In this document: one piece after another, positions 1-11,824 of the stretch
Layout: the number at the start of each line of letters is the position of its first letter
Position numbering within the stretch: position 1 is the stretch's first letter
Source: Eledone cirrhosa
Taxonomy: Eukaryota
Length of the DNA stretch: 64,000 nt
Direction of reading: 5' to 3'
Assembly: GCA_964016885.1 (NCBI GenBank)
Contig: OZ024744.1
Location: 100,998,001 to 101,062,000 of the forward strand
Notes under the pieces: model-generated
What the model was told of the DNA's origin: nothing
Databases searched by the model: none
Seen by the model: only the letters and a program-made list of their open reading frames with translations
Made by a program: the position numbers and the translations under genes

Positions 1-347
1 GCTCTTACTACTAACTGTCCCTGTACATCTGCCTCAAATGTCTACTTTCTTTGTTAGTAGGTCTACAATCCCACTACACCTCTTGCATACCAAAGAGTAC
101 ATCATATACGGTTTCTACTCTTTGTACATACATAATGTAGCTATTTCTCTGGGGATTTTCTTTTTAAATACCGTAGTTACTGGCCTATTGGATGCCCCGC
201 CCCATTGTATAAGACGCCCCCCCCCCCTCGTTTTACAAAGGCATTTTGAGTAAAAAAAAGAAATTTAGTACATTTCTTCATAAATTTATTAAAACATATT
301 TCATTGTTTTCTTAGAAACTCTTATATAAATTCAACATCATTTTGCT

Positions 348-1430
348 TATCATCATCGTTTAACGTCCATCTTCTACGCTGGCATGGGTTAGACGGGTTT
401 GTCCCACTTGAGGCAAGATTGGTCGGGTGACCGCGTCTCGCTTGTATAGGACTGTTTCTGGCAGGTTTTCTACAGCTGGATGCCCTTCCTAACACCAACC
501 ACATTTACAGTGTGGACTGAGCCTTTTTTACCATGTCTCCTACACGACCACTTTATGGTGTGAACTGGGTGCTTTTTGTTGTGACACCTACAGAACCTCT
601 TTACAGTGTGGACTGGGTGCTTTTTGTTGTGACACCTACAGAACCTCTTTACAGTGTGGACTGGGTGCTTTTTGTTGTGACACCTACAGAACCTCTTTAC
701 AGTGTGGACTGGGTGCTTTTTGTCGTGACACTTACACAACCTCTTTACAGTGTGGACTGGGTGCTTTTTGTCGTGACACCTACACAACCTCTTTACAGTG
801 TGAACTGGGTGCTTTTTGTTGTGACACCTACAGAACCTCTTTACAGTGTGGACTGAGTGCTTTTTGTTGTGACACCTACAGAACCTCTTTACAGTGTGGA
901 CTGGGTGCTTTTTGTTGTGACACCTACAGAACCTCTTTACAGTGTGGACTGGGTGCTTTTTGTCGTGACACTTACACAACCTCTTTACAGTGTGGACTGG
1001 GTGCTTTTTGTCGTGACACCTACACAACCTCTTTACAGTGTGAACTGGGTGCTTTTTGTTGTGACACCTACAGAACCTCTTTACAGTGTGGACTGGGTGC
1101 TTTTTGTTGTGACACCTACAGAACCTCTTTACAGTGTGGACTGGGTGCTTTTTGTCGTGACACTTACACAACCTCTTTACAGTGTGGACTGGGTGCTTTT
1201 TGTCGTGACACCTACACAACCTCTTTACAGTGTGAACTGGGTGCTTTTTGTTGTGACACCTACAGAACCTCTTTACAGTGTGGACTGGGTGCTTTTTGTC
1301 GTGACACCTACACAACCTCTTTACAGTGTGGACTGGGTGTTCTGTGGTACGAACATAACTATACAGTGAAACGGTGGTGTGAGTGGGCGGATGGAGTAGG
1401 GGTGTGAGGTTGGGTGTATATTGGGTTCAG
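348..1430 (-). mobile_element. RTE LINE 3' UTR fragment with (GAT)n tail, containing an expanded 48-bp minisatellite
   Basis: catcatcgtttaacgtcc...cccacttgaggcaag...ggatgcccttcctaacaccaaccacatttacagtgtgg aligns with 14030-14200. After the array, tgtggtacgaacataact resumes homology with tgtggcaccaacataact at about 14302. Confidence 0.8.
564..1339. repeat. 48-bp minisatellite, about 16 copies, with a 240-bp (5-unit) higher-order period
   Basis: Unit ctgggtgctttttgttgtgacacctacagaacctctttacagtgtgga. Sequence at 601-840 is almost identical to 841-1080. Confidence 0.95.
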
Positions 1431-2508
1431 ATAAATTGTATTGTATTACTGTATTAGTAATACTAACTAAATTGTATTGTATTACTGTATTAGTAATACT
1501 AACTAAATTGTATTGTATTACTGTATTAGTAATACTATTAGTAATACTAACTAAATTGTATTGTATTACTGTATTAGTAATACTAACTAAATTGTATTGT
1601 ATTACCGTATTAGTAATACTAACTAAATTGTATTGTATTACTGTATTAGTAATACTATTAGTAATACTAACTAAATTGGATTGTATTACTGTATTAGTAA
1701 TACTAACTAAATTGGATTGTATTACTGTATTAGTAATACTAACTAAATTGGATTGTATTACTGTATTAGTAATACTAACTAAATTGTATTGTATTACTGT
1801 ATTAGTAATACTAACTAAATTGTATTGTATTACCGTATTAGTAATACTATTAGTAATACTAACTAAATTGTATTGTATTACTGTATTAGTAATACTATTG
1901 GTAATACTAACTAAATTGTATTGTATTACTGTATTAGTAATACTAACTAAATTGTATTGTATTACTGTATTAGTAATACTAAATTGTATTGTATTACTGT
2001 ATTAGTAATACTAACTAAATTGTATTGTATTACCGTCTTAGTAATACTATTAGTAATACTAACTAAATTGTATTGTATTACCGTATCAGTAATACTATTA
2101 GTAATACTAACTAAATTGTATTGTATTACTGTATTAGTAATACTATTAGTAATACTAAATTGTATTGTATTACTGTATTAGTAATACTATTAGTAATACT
2201 AACTAAATTGTATTGTATTACTGTATTAGTAATACTAACTAAATTGTATTGTATTACCGTATTAGTAATACTATTAGTAATACTAACTAAATTGTATTGT
2301 ATTACTGTATTAGTAATACTAACTAAATTGTATTGTATTACTGTATTAGTAATACTAACTAAATTGTATTGTATTACCGTATTAGTAATACTATTAGTAA
2401 TACTAACTAAATTGTATTGTATTACTGTATTAGTAATACTATTAGTAATACTAACTAAATTGTATTGTATTACTGTATTAGTAATACTATTAGTAATACT
2501 AACTAAAT
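1431..2508. repeat. AT-rich 36-bp minisatellite with 48-bp and 32-bp variants
   Basis: Unit actaaattgtattgtattactgtattagtaatacta. Variants add a duplicated ttagtaatacta or lose acta. Each unit has the inverted repeat gtattact-N5-agtaatac. Confidence 0.95.
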
Positions 2509-2623
2509 ATGTTTAACTATGATGTACGGCTGCATTGGATGCTGGGAAGATTAAAAAATTTTTTTTTTTAGAGGACAACATGTCCAATAGGTCAGCAAAT
2601 ATGGTAATTACTGTGTTGGACCT

Positions 2624-3090
2624 CATTAAACTCTAACGATGAGTGTTCCAGTTGTTCAAATAATGGAACAGCCTCCTCATTAAATTAACGTGCAACTAAT
2701 CGAGTATTCTAGACACAGTGTACCCTTAATGTAGTTCTCAGGGAGATTCAGCATGACACAGTGTGTGACAAACCTGACCCTGTTGAATTACAGGTACAGT
2801 TTATGTTGTATTATAGTGTAAGTGGCTGAGTATTCCACAGACACAGTGTACCCTTAATGTAATTTTCAGGGAGTTTCAGCATTACACAATATGTAACAAA
2901 GCTGACCCTGTTGAATTACAGGTATAATTAATTTTGTATTATAGTGTAAGTGGCTGAATATTCTACAGACATGTGTGCCCTTAATGTAGTTCTCAGGAAG
3001 ATTCAGTGTGATACAGTATATGTTACAAAGTTGACCCTGTTAAATTACAGGTACAATACATTTTACCAGCTGGAAGGACTGAAGGAATGT
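2624..3090 (-). mobile_element. Cephalopod-type SINE, 3' part, with an internal segment of about 128 bp triplicated; truncated at the 42-bp array
   Basis: gagtgttccagttg...aaattaacgtgcaa...tgtacccttaatgtagttctcagggagattcagc...ttacaggtac resembles an abundant octopus SINE (recalled). Internal units start at 2690, 2816 and 2944. It ends in cattttaccagctg...ggact, the reverse complement of the CORE-like block seen at 9270-9300 and 11335-11365. Confidence 0.7.
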
Positions 3091-6000
3091 GTGGCAGTAC
3101 TAAAGCTGAACACCCTAACTATTGTACCATGTGGGGCAGTACTAAAGCTGAACACCCTAACTATTGTACCATGTGGGGCAGTACTAAAGCTGAACACCCT
3201 AACTACTATACCATGTGGGGCAGTACTAAAGCTGAACACCCTAACTATTGTACCATGTGAGGCAGTACTAAAGCTGAACACCCTAACTATTGTACCATGT
3301 GAGGCAGTACTAAAGCTGAACACCCTAACTATTGTACCATGTGAGGCAGTACTAAAGCTGGACACCCTAACTACTGTACCATGTGGGGCAGTACTAAAGT
3401 TGAACACCCTAACTACTGTACCATGTGGGGCAGTACTAAAGCTGAACACCCTAACTATTGTACCATGTGGGGCAGTACTAAAGTTGAACACCCTAACTAT
3501 TGTACCATGTGGGGCAGTACTAAAGCTGAACACCCAAACTACTATACCATGTGGGGCAGTACTAAATCTGATCACCCTAACTACTGTACCATGTAGGGCA
3601 GTACTAAAGCTGGACACCCTAAATACTATACCATGTGGGGCAGTACTAAAGTTGAACACCCTAAATACTATACCATGTGGGGCAGTACTAAAGCTGGACA
3701 CCCTAACTACTATACCATGTGGGGCAGTACTAAAGTTGAACACCCTAACTATTGTACCATGTGAGGCAGTACTAAAGTTGAACACCCTAACTATTGTACC
3801 ATGTGAGGCAGTACTAAAGCTGGACACCCTAACTTCTATACCATGTGGGGCAGTACTAAAGTTGATCACCCTAACTACTGTACCATGTGGGGCAGTACTA
3901 AAGCTGAACACCCTAACTACTGTACCATGTGGGGCAGTACTAAAGATGAACACCCTAACTACTGTACCATGTGGGGCAGTACTAAACTTGAACACCCTAA
4001 CTACTATACCATGTGGGGCAGTACTAAAGTTGAACACCCTAACTACTATACCATGTGGGGCAGTACTAAAGCTGGACACCCTAACTATTGTACCATGTGG
4101 GGCAGTACTAAAGTTGAACACCCTAACTACTATTCCATGTGGGGCAGTACTAAATCTGGACACTCTAACTACTGTACCATGTGGGGCAGTACTAAAGCTG
4201 GACACCCTAACTATTGTACCATGTGGGGAAGTACTAAAGCTGAACATTCTAACTACTGTACCATGTGGGGCAGTACTAAAGCTGGACACCCTAACTACTG
4301 TACCATGTGGGGCAGTACTAAAGTTGAACACCCTAACTACTATACCATGTGGGGCAGTACTAAAGCTGGACACCCTAACTATTGTACCATGTGGGGCAGT
4401 ACTAAAGTTGAACACCCTAACTACTATACCATGTGGGGCAGTACTAAATCTGGACACTCTAACTACTGTACCATGTGGGGCAGTACTAAAGTTGAACACC
4501 CTAACTATTGTACCATGTGGGGCAGTACTAAAGTTGAACGCCCTAACTATGGTACCATGTGGGGCAGTACTAAAGTTGAACACTAACTACTATACCATGT
4601 GGGGCAGTACTAAAGTTGCACACTAACTACTATACCATGTGGGGCAGTACTAAAGCTGGACACCCTAACTACTGTACCATGTGGGGCAGTACTAAAGTTG
4701 AACACCATAACTACTGTAACATGTGGGGCAGTACTAAAGTTGAACACCCTAACTATTGTACCATGTGGGGCAGTACTAAAGTTGAACACTAACTACTGTA
4801 GCATGTGGGGCAGTACTAAAGCTGGACACCCTAACTACTTTGCCATGTGGGGCAGTACTAAAGTTGAACACCCTAACTATTGTACCATGTGGGGCAGTAC
4901 TAAAGTTGAACACACTAACTACTATACCATGAGGGGCAGTACTAAAGTTGAACACCCTAACTATTGTACCATGTGGGGCAGTACTAAAGTTGAACACCCT
5001 AACTACTATACCATGTGGGGCAGTACTAAAGCTGAACACTAGCTACTATACCATGTGGGGCAGTACTAAAGCTGGACATCCTAACTACTACCCCATGTGA
5101 GGCAGTACTAAAGTTGAACACTAACTACTATACCATGTGGGGCAGTACTAAAGCTGGACACCCTAACTACTGTACCATGTGGGGCAGTACTAAAGCTGGA
5201 CACCCTAACTACTGTACCATGTGGAGCAGTACTAAAGTTGAACACCCTAACTATTGTACCATGTGGGGCAGTACTAAAGTTGAACACCCTAACTACTGTA
5301 CCATGTGGGGCAGTACTAAAGTTGAACACCCTAACTACTGTACCATGTGGGGCAGTACTAAAGTTGAACACCCTAACTACTGTACCATGTGGGGCAGTAC
5401 TAAAGCTGGACACCCTAACTACTGTACCATGTGGGGAAGTACTAAAGTTGAACACCCTAACTACTGTAGCATGTGGAACAGTACTAAATCTTGACACCCT
5501 AACTACTGTACCATGTGGGGCAGTACTAAAGCTGGACACCCTAACTACTGTACCATGTGGGGCAGTACTAAAGCTGGACACCCTAACTACTGTACCATGT
5601 GGGCCAGTACTAAAGCTGGACACCCTAACTACTGTACCATGTGGGGCAGTACTAAAGCTGGACACCCTAACTACTGTACCATGTGGGGCAGTACTAAAGC
5701 TGGACACCCTAACTACTGTACCATGTGGGGCAGTACTAAAGTTGAACACCCTAACTACTATACCATGTGGGGCAGTACTAAAGTTGAACACCCTAACTAC
5801 TATACCATGTGGGGCAGTACTAAAGCTGGACACCCTAACTACTGTACCATGTGGGGCAGTACTAAAGCTGGAACCCTAACTACTGTACCATGTGGGACAG
5901 TACTAAATCTGAACACCCTAACTACTGTACCATGTGGGACAGTACTAAAGTTGAACACCCTAACTACTGTACCATGTGGGGCAGTACTAAAGCTGAACAC

Positions 6001-8968
6001 CCTAACTACTGTACCATGTGGGGCAGTACTAAATCTGAACACCCTAACTACTGTACCATGTGGGGCAGTACTAAATCTGAACACCCTAACTACTGTACCA
6101 TGTGTGGCAGTACTAAAGCTGAACACCCTAACTACTGTACCATGTGGGGCAGTACTAAAGCTGAACACCCTAACTACTGTACCATGTAGGGCAGTACTAA
6201 AGCTGAACACCCTAACTACTATACCATGTGGGGCAGTACTAAAGCAGAACACCCTAACTACTGTACCATGTGGGGCAGTACTAAAGCTGAACACCCTAAA
6301 TACTATACCATGTGGGGCAGTACTAAAGCTGAACACCCTAACTACTGTACCATGTGGGGCAGTACTAAAGTTGAACATGCTAACTACTGTACCATGTGGG
6401 GCAGTACTAAAGTTGAACACCCTAACTACTGTACCATGTGGGGCAGTACTAAAGCTGGACACCCTAACTACTATACCATGTGGGGCAGTACTAAAGCTGA
6501 ACAGCCTAACTACTGTACCATGTGGGGCAGTACTAAAGTTGAACACCCTAACTACTATACCATGAGGGGCAGTACTAAAGCTGAACACCCTAACTACTGT
6601 ACCATGTGGGGCAGTACTAAAGCTGAACACCCTAACTACTGTACCATGTGGGGCAGTACTAAAGTAGAACATGCTAACTACTGTACCATGTGGGGAAGTA
6701 CTAAAGCTGGACACCCTAACTACTATACCATGTGGGGCAGTACTAAAGCTGAACAACCTAACTACTGTACCATGTGGGGCAGTACTAAAGCTGGACACCC
6801 TAACTACTATACCATGTGGGGCAGTACTAAAGCTGGACACCCTAACTATTGTACCATGTGGGGCAGTACTAAAGTTGAACACCCTAACTACTGTACCATG
6901 TGGGGCAGTACTAAAGCTGAACACCCTAACTACTGTACCATGTGGAGTAGTACTAAAGTTGAACTCCATATCTACTGTACCATGTGGGGTAGTACTAAAG
7001 CTGGACATCCTAACTACTACCCCATGTGAGGCAGTACTAAAGCTGAACCTCCTAACTACTGTACCACGTGGGGCAGTACTAAAGTTGAACACTAGCTACT
7101 ATACCATGTGGGGAAGTTCTAAAGCTGGACACCCTAACTACTACCCCATGTGAGGCAGTACTAAAGTTGAACACTAACTACTATACCATGTGGGGCAGTA
7201 CTAAAGTTGAACACCCTAACTACTGTACCATGTGGGGCAGTACTAAAGCTGAACACCCTAACTACTGTACCATGTGGGGCAGTACTAAAGTTGAACACCC
7301 TAACTACTGTACCATGTGGGGCAGTACTAAAGTTGAACACCCTAACTACTGTACCATGTGGAGAAGTACTAAATCTGAACACCCTAACTACTGTACCATG
7401 TGGGGCAGTACTAAAGCTGAACACCCTAACTACTGTACCATGTGGGGAAGTACTAAATCTGAACACCCTAACTACTGTACCATGTGGGGCAGTACTAAAT
7501 CTGAACACCCTAACTACTGTACCATGTGGGGCAGTACTAAAGCTGAACACCCTAACTACTGTACCATGTGGGGCAGTACTAAAGTTGAACACCCTAACTA
7601 CTATACCATGTGGGGCAGTACTAAAGCTGGACACCCTAACTACTGTACCATGTGGGGCAGTACTAAAGCTGGACACCCTAACTACTGTACCATGTGGGAC
7701 AGTACTAAATCTGAACACCCTAACTACTGTACCATGTGGGACAGTACTAAAGTTGAACACCCTAACTACTGTACCATGTGGGGCAGTACTAAAGCTGAAC
7801 ACCCTAACTACTGTACCATGTGGGGAAGTACTAAATCTGAACACCCTAACTACTGTACCATGTGGGGCAGTACTAAATCTGAACACCCTAACTACTGTAC
7901 CATGTGGGGCAGTACTAAAGCTGAACACCCTAACTACTGTACCATGTGGGGCAGTACTAAAGTTGAACACCCTAACTATTGTACCATGTAGGGCAGTACT
8001 AAAGTTGAACACCCTAACTACTGTACCATGTGTGGCAGTACTAAAGCTGAACACCCTAACTACTGTACCATGTAGGGCAGTACTAAAGCTGAACACCCTA
8101 ACTACTATACCATGTGGGGCAGTACTAAAGCTGAACACCCTAACTACTGTACCATGTGGGGCAGTACTAAAGCTGAACACCCTAACTACTGTACCATGTA
8201 GGGCAGTACTAAAGCTGAACACCCTAACTACTATACCATGTGGGGCAGTACTAAAGCAGAACACCCTAACTACTGTACCATGTGGGGCAGTACTAAAGCT
8301 GAACACCCTAACTACTGTACCATGTAGGGCAGTACTAAAGTAGAACATGCTAACTACTGTACCATGTGGGGCAGTACTAAAGCTGGACACCCTAACTACT
8401 ATACCATGTGGGGCAGTACTAAAGTTGATCACCCTAACTACTGTACCATGTGGGGCAGTACTAAAGCTGAACACCCTAACTACTATACCATGTGGGGCAG
8501 TACTAAAGCAGAACACCCTAACTACTGTACCATGTGGGGCAGTACTAAAGTTGAACACGCTAACTACTGTACCATGTGGGGCAGTACTAAAGCTGAACAC
8601 CCTAACTACTGTACCATGTGGGGCAGTACTAAAGTAGAACATGCTAACTACTGTACCATGTGGGGCAGTACTAAATCTGGACACCCTAACTACTGTACCA
8701 TGTGGGGCAGTACTAAAGCTGAACACCCTAACTACTGTACCATGTGGGGCAGTACTAAAGTAGAACATGCTAACTACTGTACCATGTGGGGCAGTACTAA
8801 ATCTGGACACCCTAACTACTGTACCATGTGGGGCAGTACTAAAGTAGAACATGCTAACTACTGTACCATGTGGGGCAGTACTAAAGCTGAACACCCTAAC
8901 TACTGTACCATGTGGGGCAGTACTAAAGCTGGACACCCTGGGGTAATGATCATCTGGCAGTACTAAAG
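3087..8968. repeat. 42-bp minisatellite array, about 140 copies
   Basis: Unit gcagtactaaagctgaacaccctaactactgtaccatgtggg, with a ScaI palindrome and CCCTAA. Occasional 40/41-bp units and stop-creating variants occur. Confidence 0.97.
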
Positions 8969-8988
8969 TTATTGTTTCTCATAAAACT

Positions 8989-9120
8989 CAGATTGCCACA
9001 TTAATATCTTGTTTATATGTAATTAAGTACTGTATGTGTTGTTTCTGTTTATTTGTTGGTCCCGCTTAGGGTGAAAGCAGAAATTGTTTGCTTAAAATTT
9101 TAATCTGTGTTAATAATAAA
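8989..9120 (+). ncRNA. Degenerate hammerhead-ribozyme-like remnant (probable Penelope-like pLTR fragment)
   Basis: tcccgcttagggt-gaaa-gcagaaattgtttgc-tt-aaaattttaatctgt...aataaa is paralogous to 15691-15750. The CUGANGA core is disrupted (gtttctg...tggtccc). Confidence 0.5.
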
Positions 9121-9130
9121 TATTTGCTTT

Positions 9131-9165
<35 letters not shown>

Positions 9166-9167
<2 letters not shown>

Positions 9168-9449
9168 CGACACTTGGTCTAGTGGTAAGAGTGTTGGACT
9201 TAGGATCATAATGTCGTGGGTCCGATACCTAGGCTGTGTGTTGTGTTCTTGAGCAAAACACTTCATTTCACGTTACTCCGGTATACTCAGCTGACAATGA
9301 GTACCAGCAATAACTGGGGGTTTAACTCTGCGATGGACTGGTGTCCTGTCCAGGGGGGTAGTCTTGTACTCTCAGTCGCTTCACGCCATGAAACTGGGAT
9401 AAGCACCGGCCAAATGAGCCTTCTGGCTTAAGACAGACTTTTTTTTTTT
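9166..9449 (+). mobile_element. tRNA-derived SINE with CORE-like central domain
   Basis: A box tggtctagtgg (9175), B-box-like ggtccgatacc (about 9218), tgttcttgagcaaaacactt...actcagctg central block and T-rich end. It follows a (TA)n tract. Confidence 0.8.
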
Positions 9450-9473
9450 ATAGTAATAATAGCCATAATAAAT

Positions 9474-11084
9474 GTGAAGACTAAGATCCAAAGAGGTGAG
9501 ATTCTGAAGGCGTCTGGGTCGGTAGGTCACACCATAACCACACATATTGTTAACCAGGTAATACTAGGTGTCATACCAAAAGATTGGTGCAGTAGCATCA
9601 TTGTCAACTGCTACAAGGGTAAAGGTGATGCACTAGATAGAGGAAACTATAGAGGTATAAAGCTGATGGACCAGGTCATGAAAGTAACAGAAAGAGTTAT
9701 AGCACAGTTGATTAGGGACTGGGTGAAAATAGATGAGATGCAATTTGGGTTTGTACCAGGAAAAGGCACCACTGATGCCCTCTTCCTTGTGAGGCAGTTA
9801 CAGGAAAAGTACCTAGCTAAAAGTAAGCTGCATTACCTGGCATTCATCGATCAGGAGAAAGCCTTTGACAGAGTTCCCCGTGCTATAATCTGGGGTGCTC
9901 TTAGAAAACTAGGAGTAGATGAATGGCTTGTGAAAGCTGTAGAAGCAATGTATAGGGGAGCAGTCAGCAAAGTTAGGATTAGCAATGACTATAGCGAGGA
10001 ATTTAGCATACAGGTTGGTGTCCACCAGGGCTCTGTTCTTAGCCCTCTCCTGTTCATAACAGTTTTGCAGGCAATAACGGAGGAGTTTAAGACTGGATGC
10101 CCATGGGAATTCCTGCATGCAGATGACCTCGCACTTATAGCTGAATCTATGGTAGAACTAGAGAAGAAATTCCAAACATGGAAGCAGGGACTAGAAAGAA
10201 AGGGTCTCAAAGTCAACCTGACAAAGACTAAGGTCCTTGTAAGTAGAAGAGAAAAAAGAACCCAGATCCCTTCAGGGAAATGGCCTTGCTCAGTATGTAG
10301 GAAAGGTGTAGGTAGGAACTCCATTCTCTTCCCCAAATACAAACAATAGGTACACAAGAGATGTAGCAGGATCTCGGGAAGCTTAACTAAGAATGTAGGC
10401 TTCACATATAGCAGCTGTGCTGGGACAGCAAGTAGCAAACAGCCACAGGAAACAAGTACCACCAAACTCTGGGAGGGCTCTGTAGAAACAGTAGACAGCT
10501 TCTGCTACCTAGGTGACCGAATTAGCAGCGGAGGTGGGTGTTCAGAAAGTACAATAACTAGGGTAAGAACGGGATGGAAGAAGTTCAGGGAACTACTGCC
10601 ACTGCTAACTGCAAAAGGCTTTTCCCTCAAAATGAAAGGCAGACTGTATGATGCGTGTATACGAACAGCAATGTTACATGGTAGTGAGACCTGGGCGCTG
10701 AAGGTGGAAGACTTACGTAGATTAGAAAGAAACGAATTGAGAGAGAAACTGAGCATAAGAGGAATCAAATGTTGTGTGCAGGAGAGGAGGTTGCGTTGGT
10801 ATGGACATGTGATGCGTATGAAGGATGACAGCTGGATAAAAAGGTGCAGAGCACTAGAAGTCGATGTGAGCCGCAGAGTGGGGAGACCCATGAAGACCTG
10901 GGATGAGGTGATAAATTACACCTCTCAAGGGCGATGACACACGACCGTGACCTCTGGCATCACGCAGTAATACAGAAGACCTGACCCCCCCCACGAGTAC
11001 AAGCTGAAGCTGAAGCATATAGACAATATGCCCCCACACCCTCCCACTGCAAAGTGGTCGTGGAGGTGCCACGGCAAAAAAGCA
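9474..11084 (+). mobile_element. 5'-truncated, decayed RTE-clade LINE (reverse transcriptase pseudogene)
   Basis: RT motifs KGKGD..NYRGIKL, QFGFVPGKGTTDA, AFID.EKAFD, GVHQGSVLSPLLF and HADD (from YADD), plus C-terminal RRLRWYGHVMR. Premature TAG at 10347-10349 and a frameshift near 10460. Confidence 0.92.
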
Positions 11085-11230
11085 AATACAAACAACGTAA
11101 AAATAAACAAATACACACGATATGTATGTATATATATACACATATATATATATATATATACACACATACAAACACACACACATACAAACACACACACATA
11201 TATGTATATATATATATAAAAATAAATATA

Positions 11231-11562
11231 CATGGCTTAGTGGTTAGAGAATTGGCTTTGCAATCAAAAGGTTGTGAGTTCAATTCTCAGACCGGGTGAT
11301 GTGTTGTTTCCTTGAGCAAGACACTTTATTCCACATTGCTCCAGTTTACTCAGCTGTAGAAATGAGATGATAGGGACTGGGGTCCCTATCATTCCACTGC
11401 AAAGTGGTCGTGGAGGTGCCACGGCAAAAAAGCACCCAGCACTCACTGTAAATGAGGTTGGTGTTAGGAAGGGCATCCAGCTGTAGAAATCAAGCCAGAA
11501 TCAGTTCCCGTCCCACCCTTGCAAGCAGGGAAAAGCGGACGTAAAATGATGATGATGATGAT
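11231..11562 (+). mobile_element. tRNA-derived CORE-like SINE with RTE-derived 3' tail ending in (GAT)n
   Basis: A box tggcttagtgg, B box gagttcaattc and ccttgagcaagacact block. The tail gttaggaagggcatccagctgtagaaa...ggacgtaaaatgatgatgat is shared with the RTE 3' ends at 348-500 and 14024-14200. Confidence 0.85.
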
Positions 11563-11739
11563 ACATATATATGCATATATATATATATACACACATACAT
11601 CCACATACATACAAATACATACAATTAATTAGATAGATAAAAATCATAGGTACATAACCCACGTACATACGTACACACGTGTGTGCATGCACACGCACAC
11701 AATAAAAAATCAACATACGTATACATATATACGTAAATC

Positions 11740-11824
<85 letters not shown>

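Larger units (their letters stand above)
171..2604. mobile_element. Non-autonomous Tc1/mariner-pogo-like DNA transposon (MITE) inflated by nested insertions
   Basis: Left end ta|ccgtagttactggcctattgga (169-192) matches the reverse complement of the right end tccaataggtcagcaaatatgg|ta (2583-2606) at 20/24. TA flanks both sides. The CCGTA...ataagacgc start resembles pogo/Tigger-type ends. Confidence 0.65.

Noticed and set aside
470-2516. ORFs with (CRCHDKKHPVHTVKRF)n, (WVLFVVTPTEPLYSVD)n and (TKLYCITVLVIL)n resembling metal-binding or membrane repeat proteins
   Set aside because: They are by-products of 48- and 36-bp units (multiples of 3). The 48-mer is LINE 3' UTR sequence, and the 36-mer has frameshifting 32-bp units.
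2950-8966. Long 14-aa repeat ORFs (MWGSTKAEHPNYCT, LNTLTTVPCGAVLK, FSTAPHGTVVRVF) as a solenoid, LRR or reflectin-like gene
   Set aside because: Open in three frames on both strands, broken by 40/41-bp units and stops, with no evident codon-position bias, no unique termini and no reflectin motif.
9166-9240. tRNA genes at SINE heads (also 11231, 12286, 18541 and 19957)
   Set aside because: A/B boxes only, no complete cloverleaf, and each is fused to a SINE body and tail.
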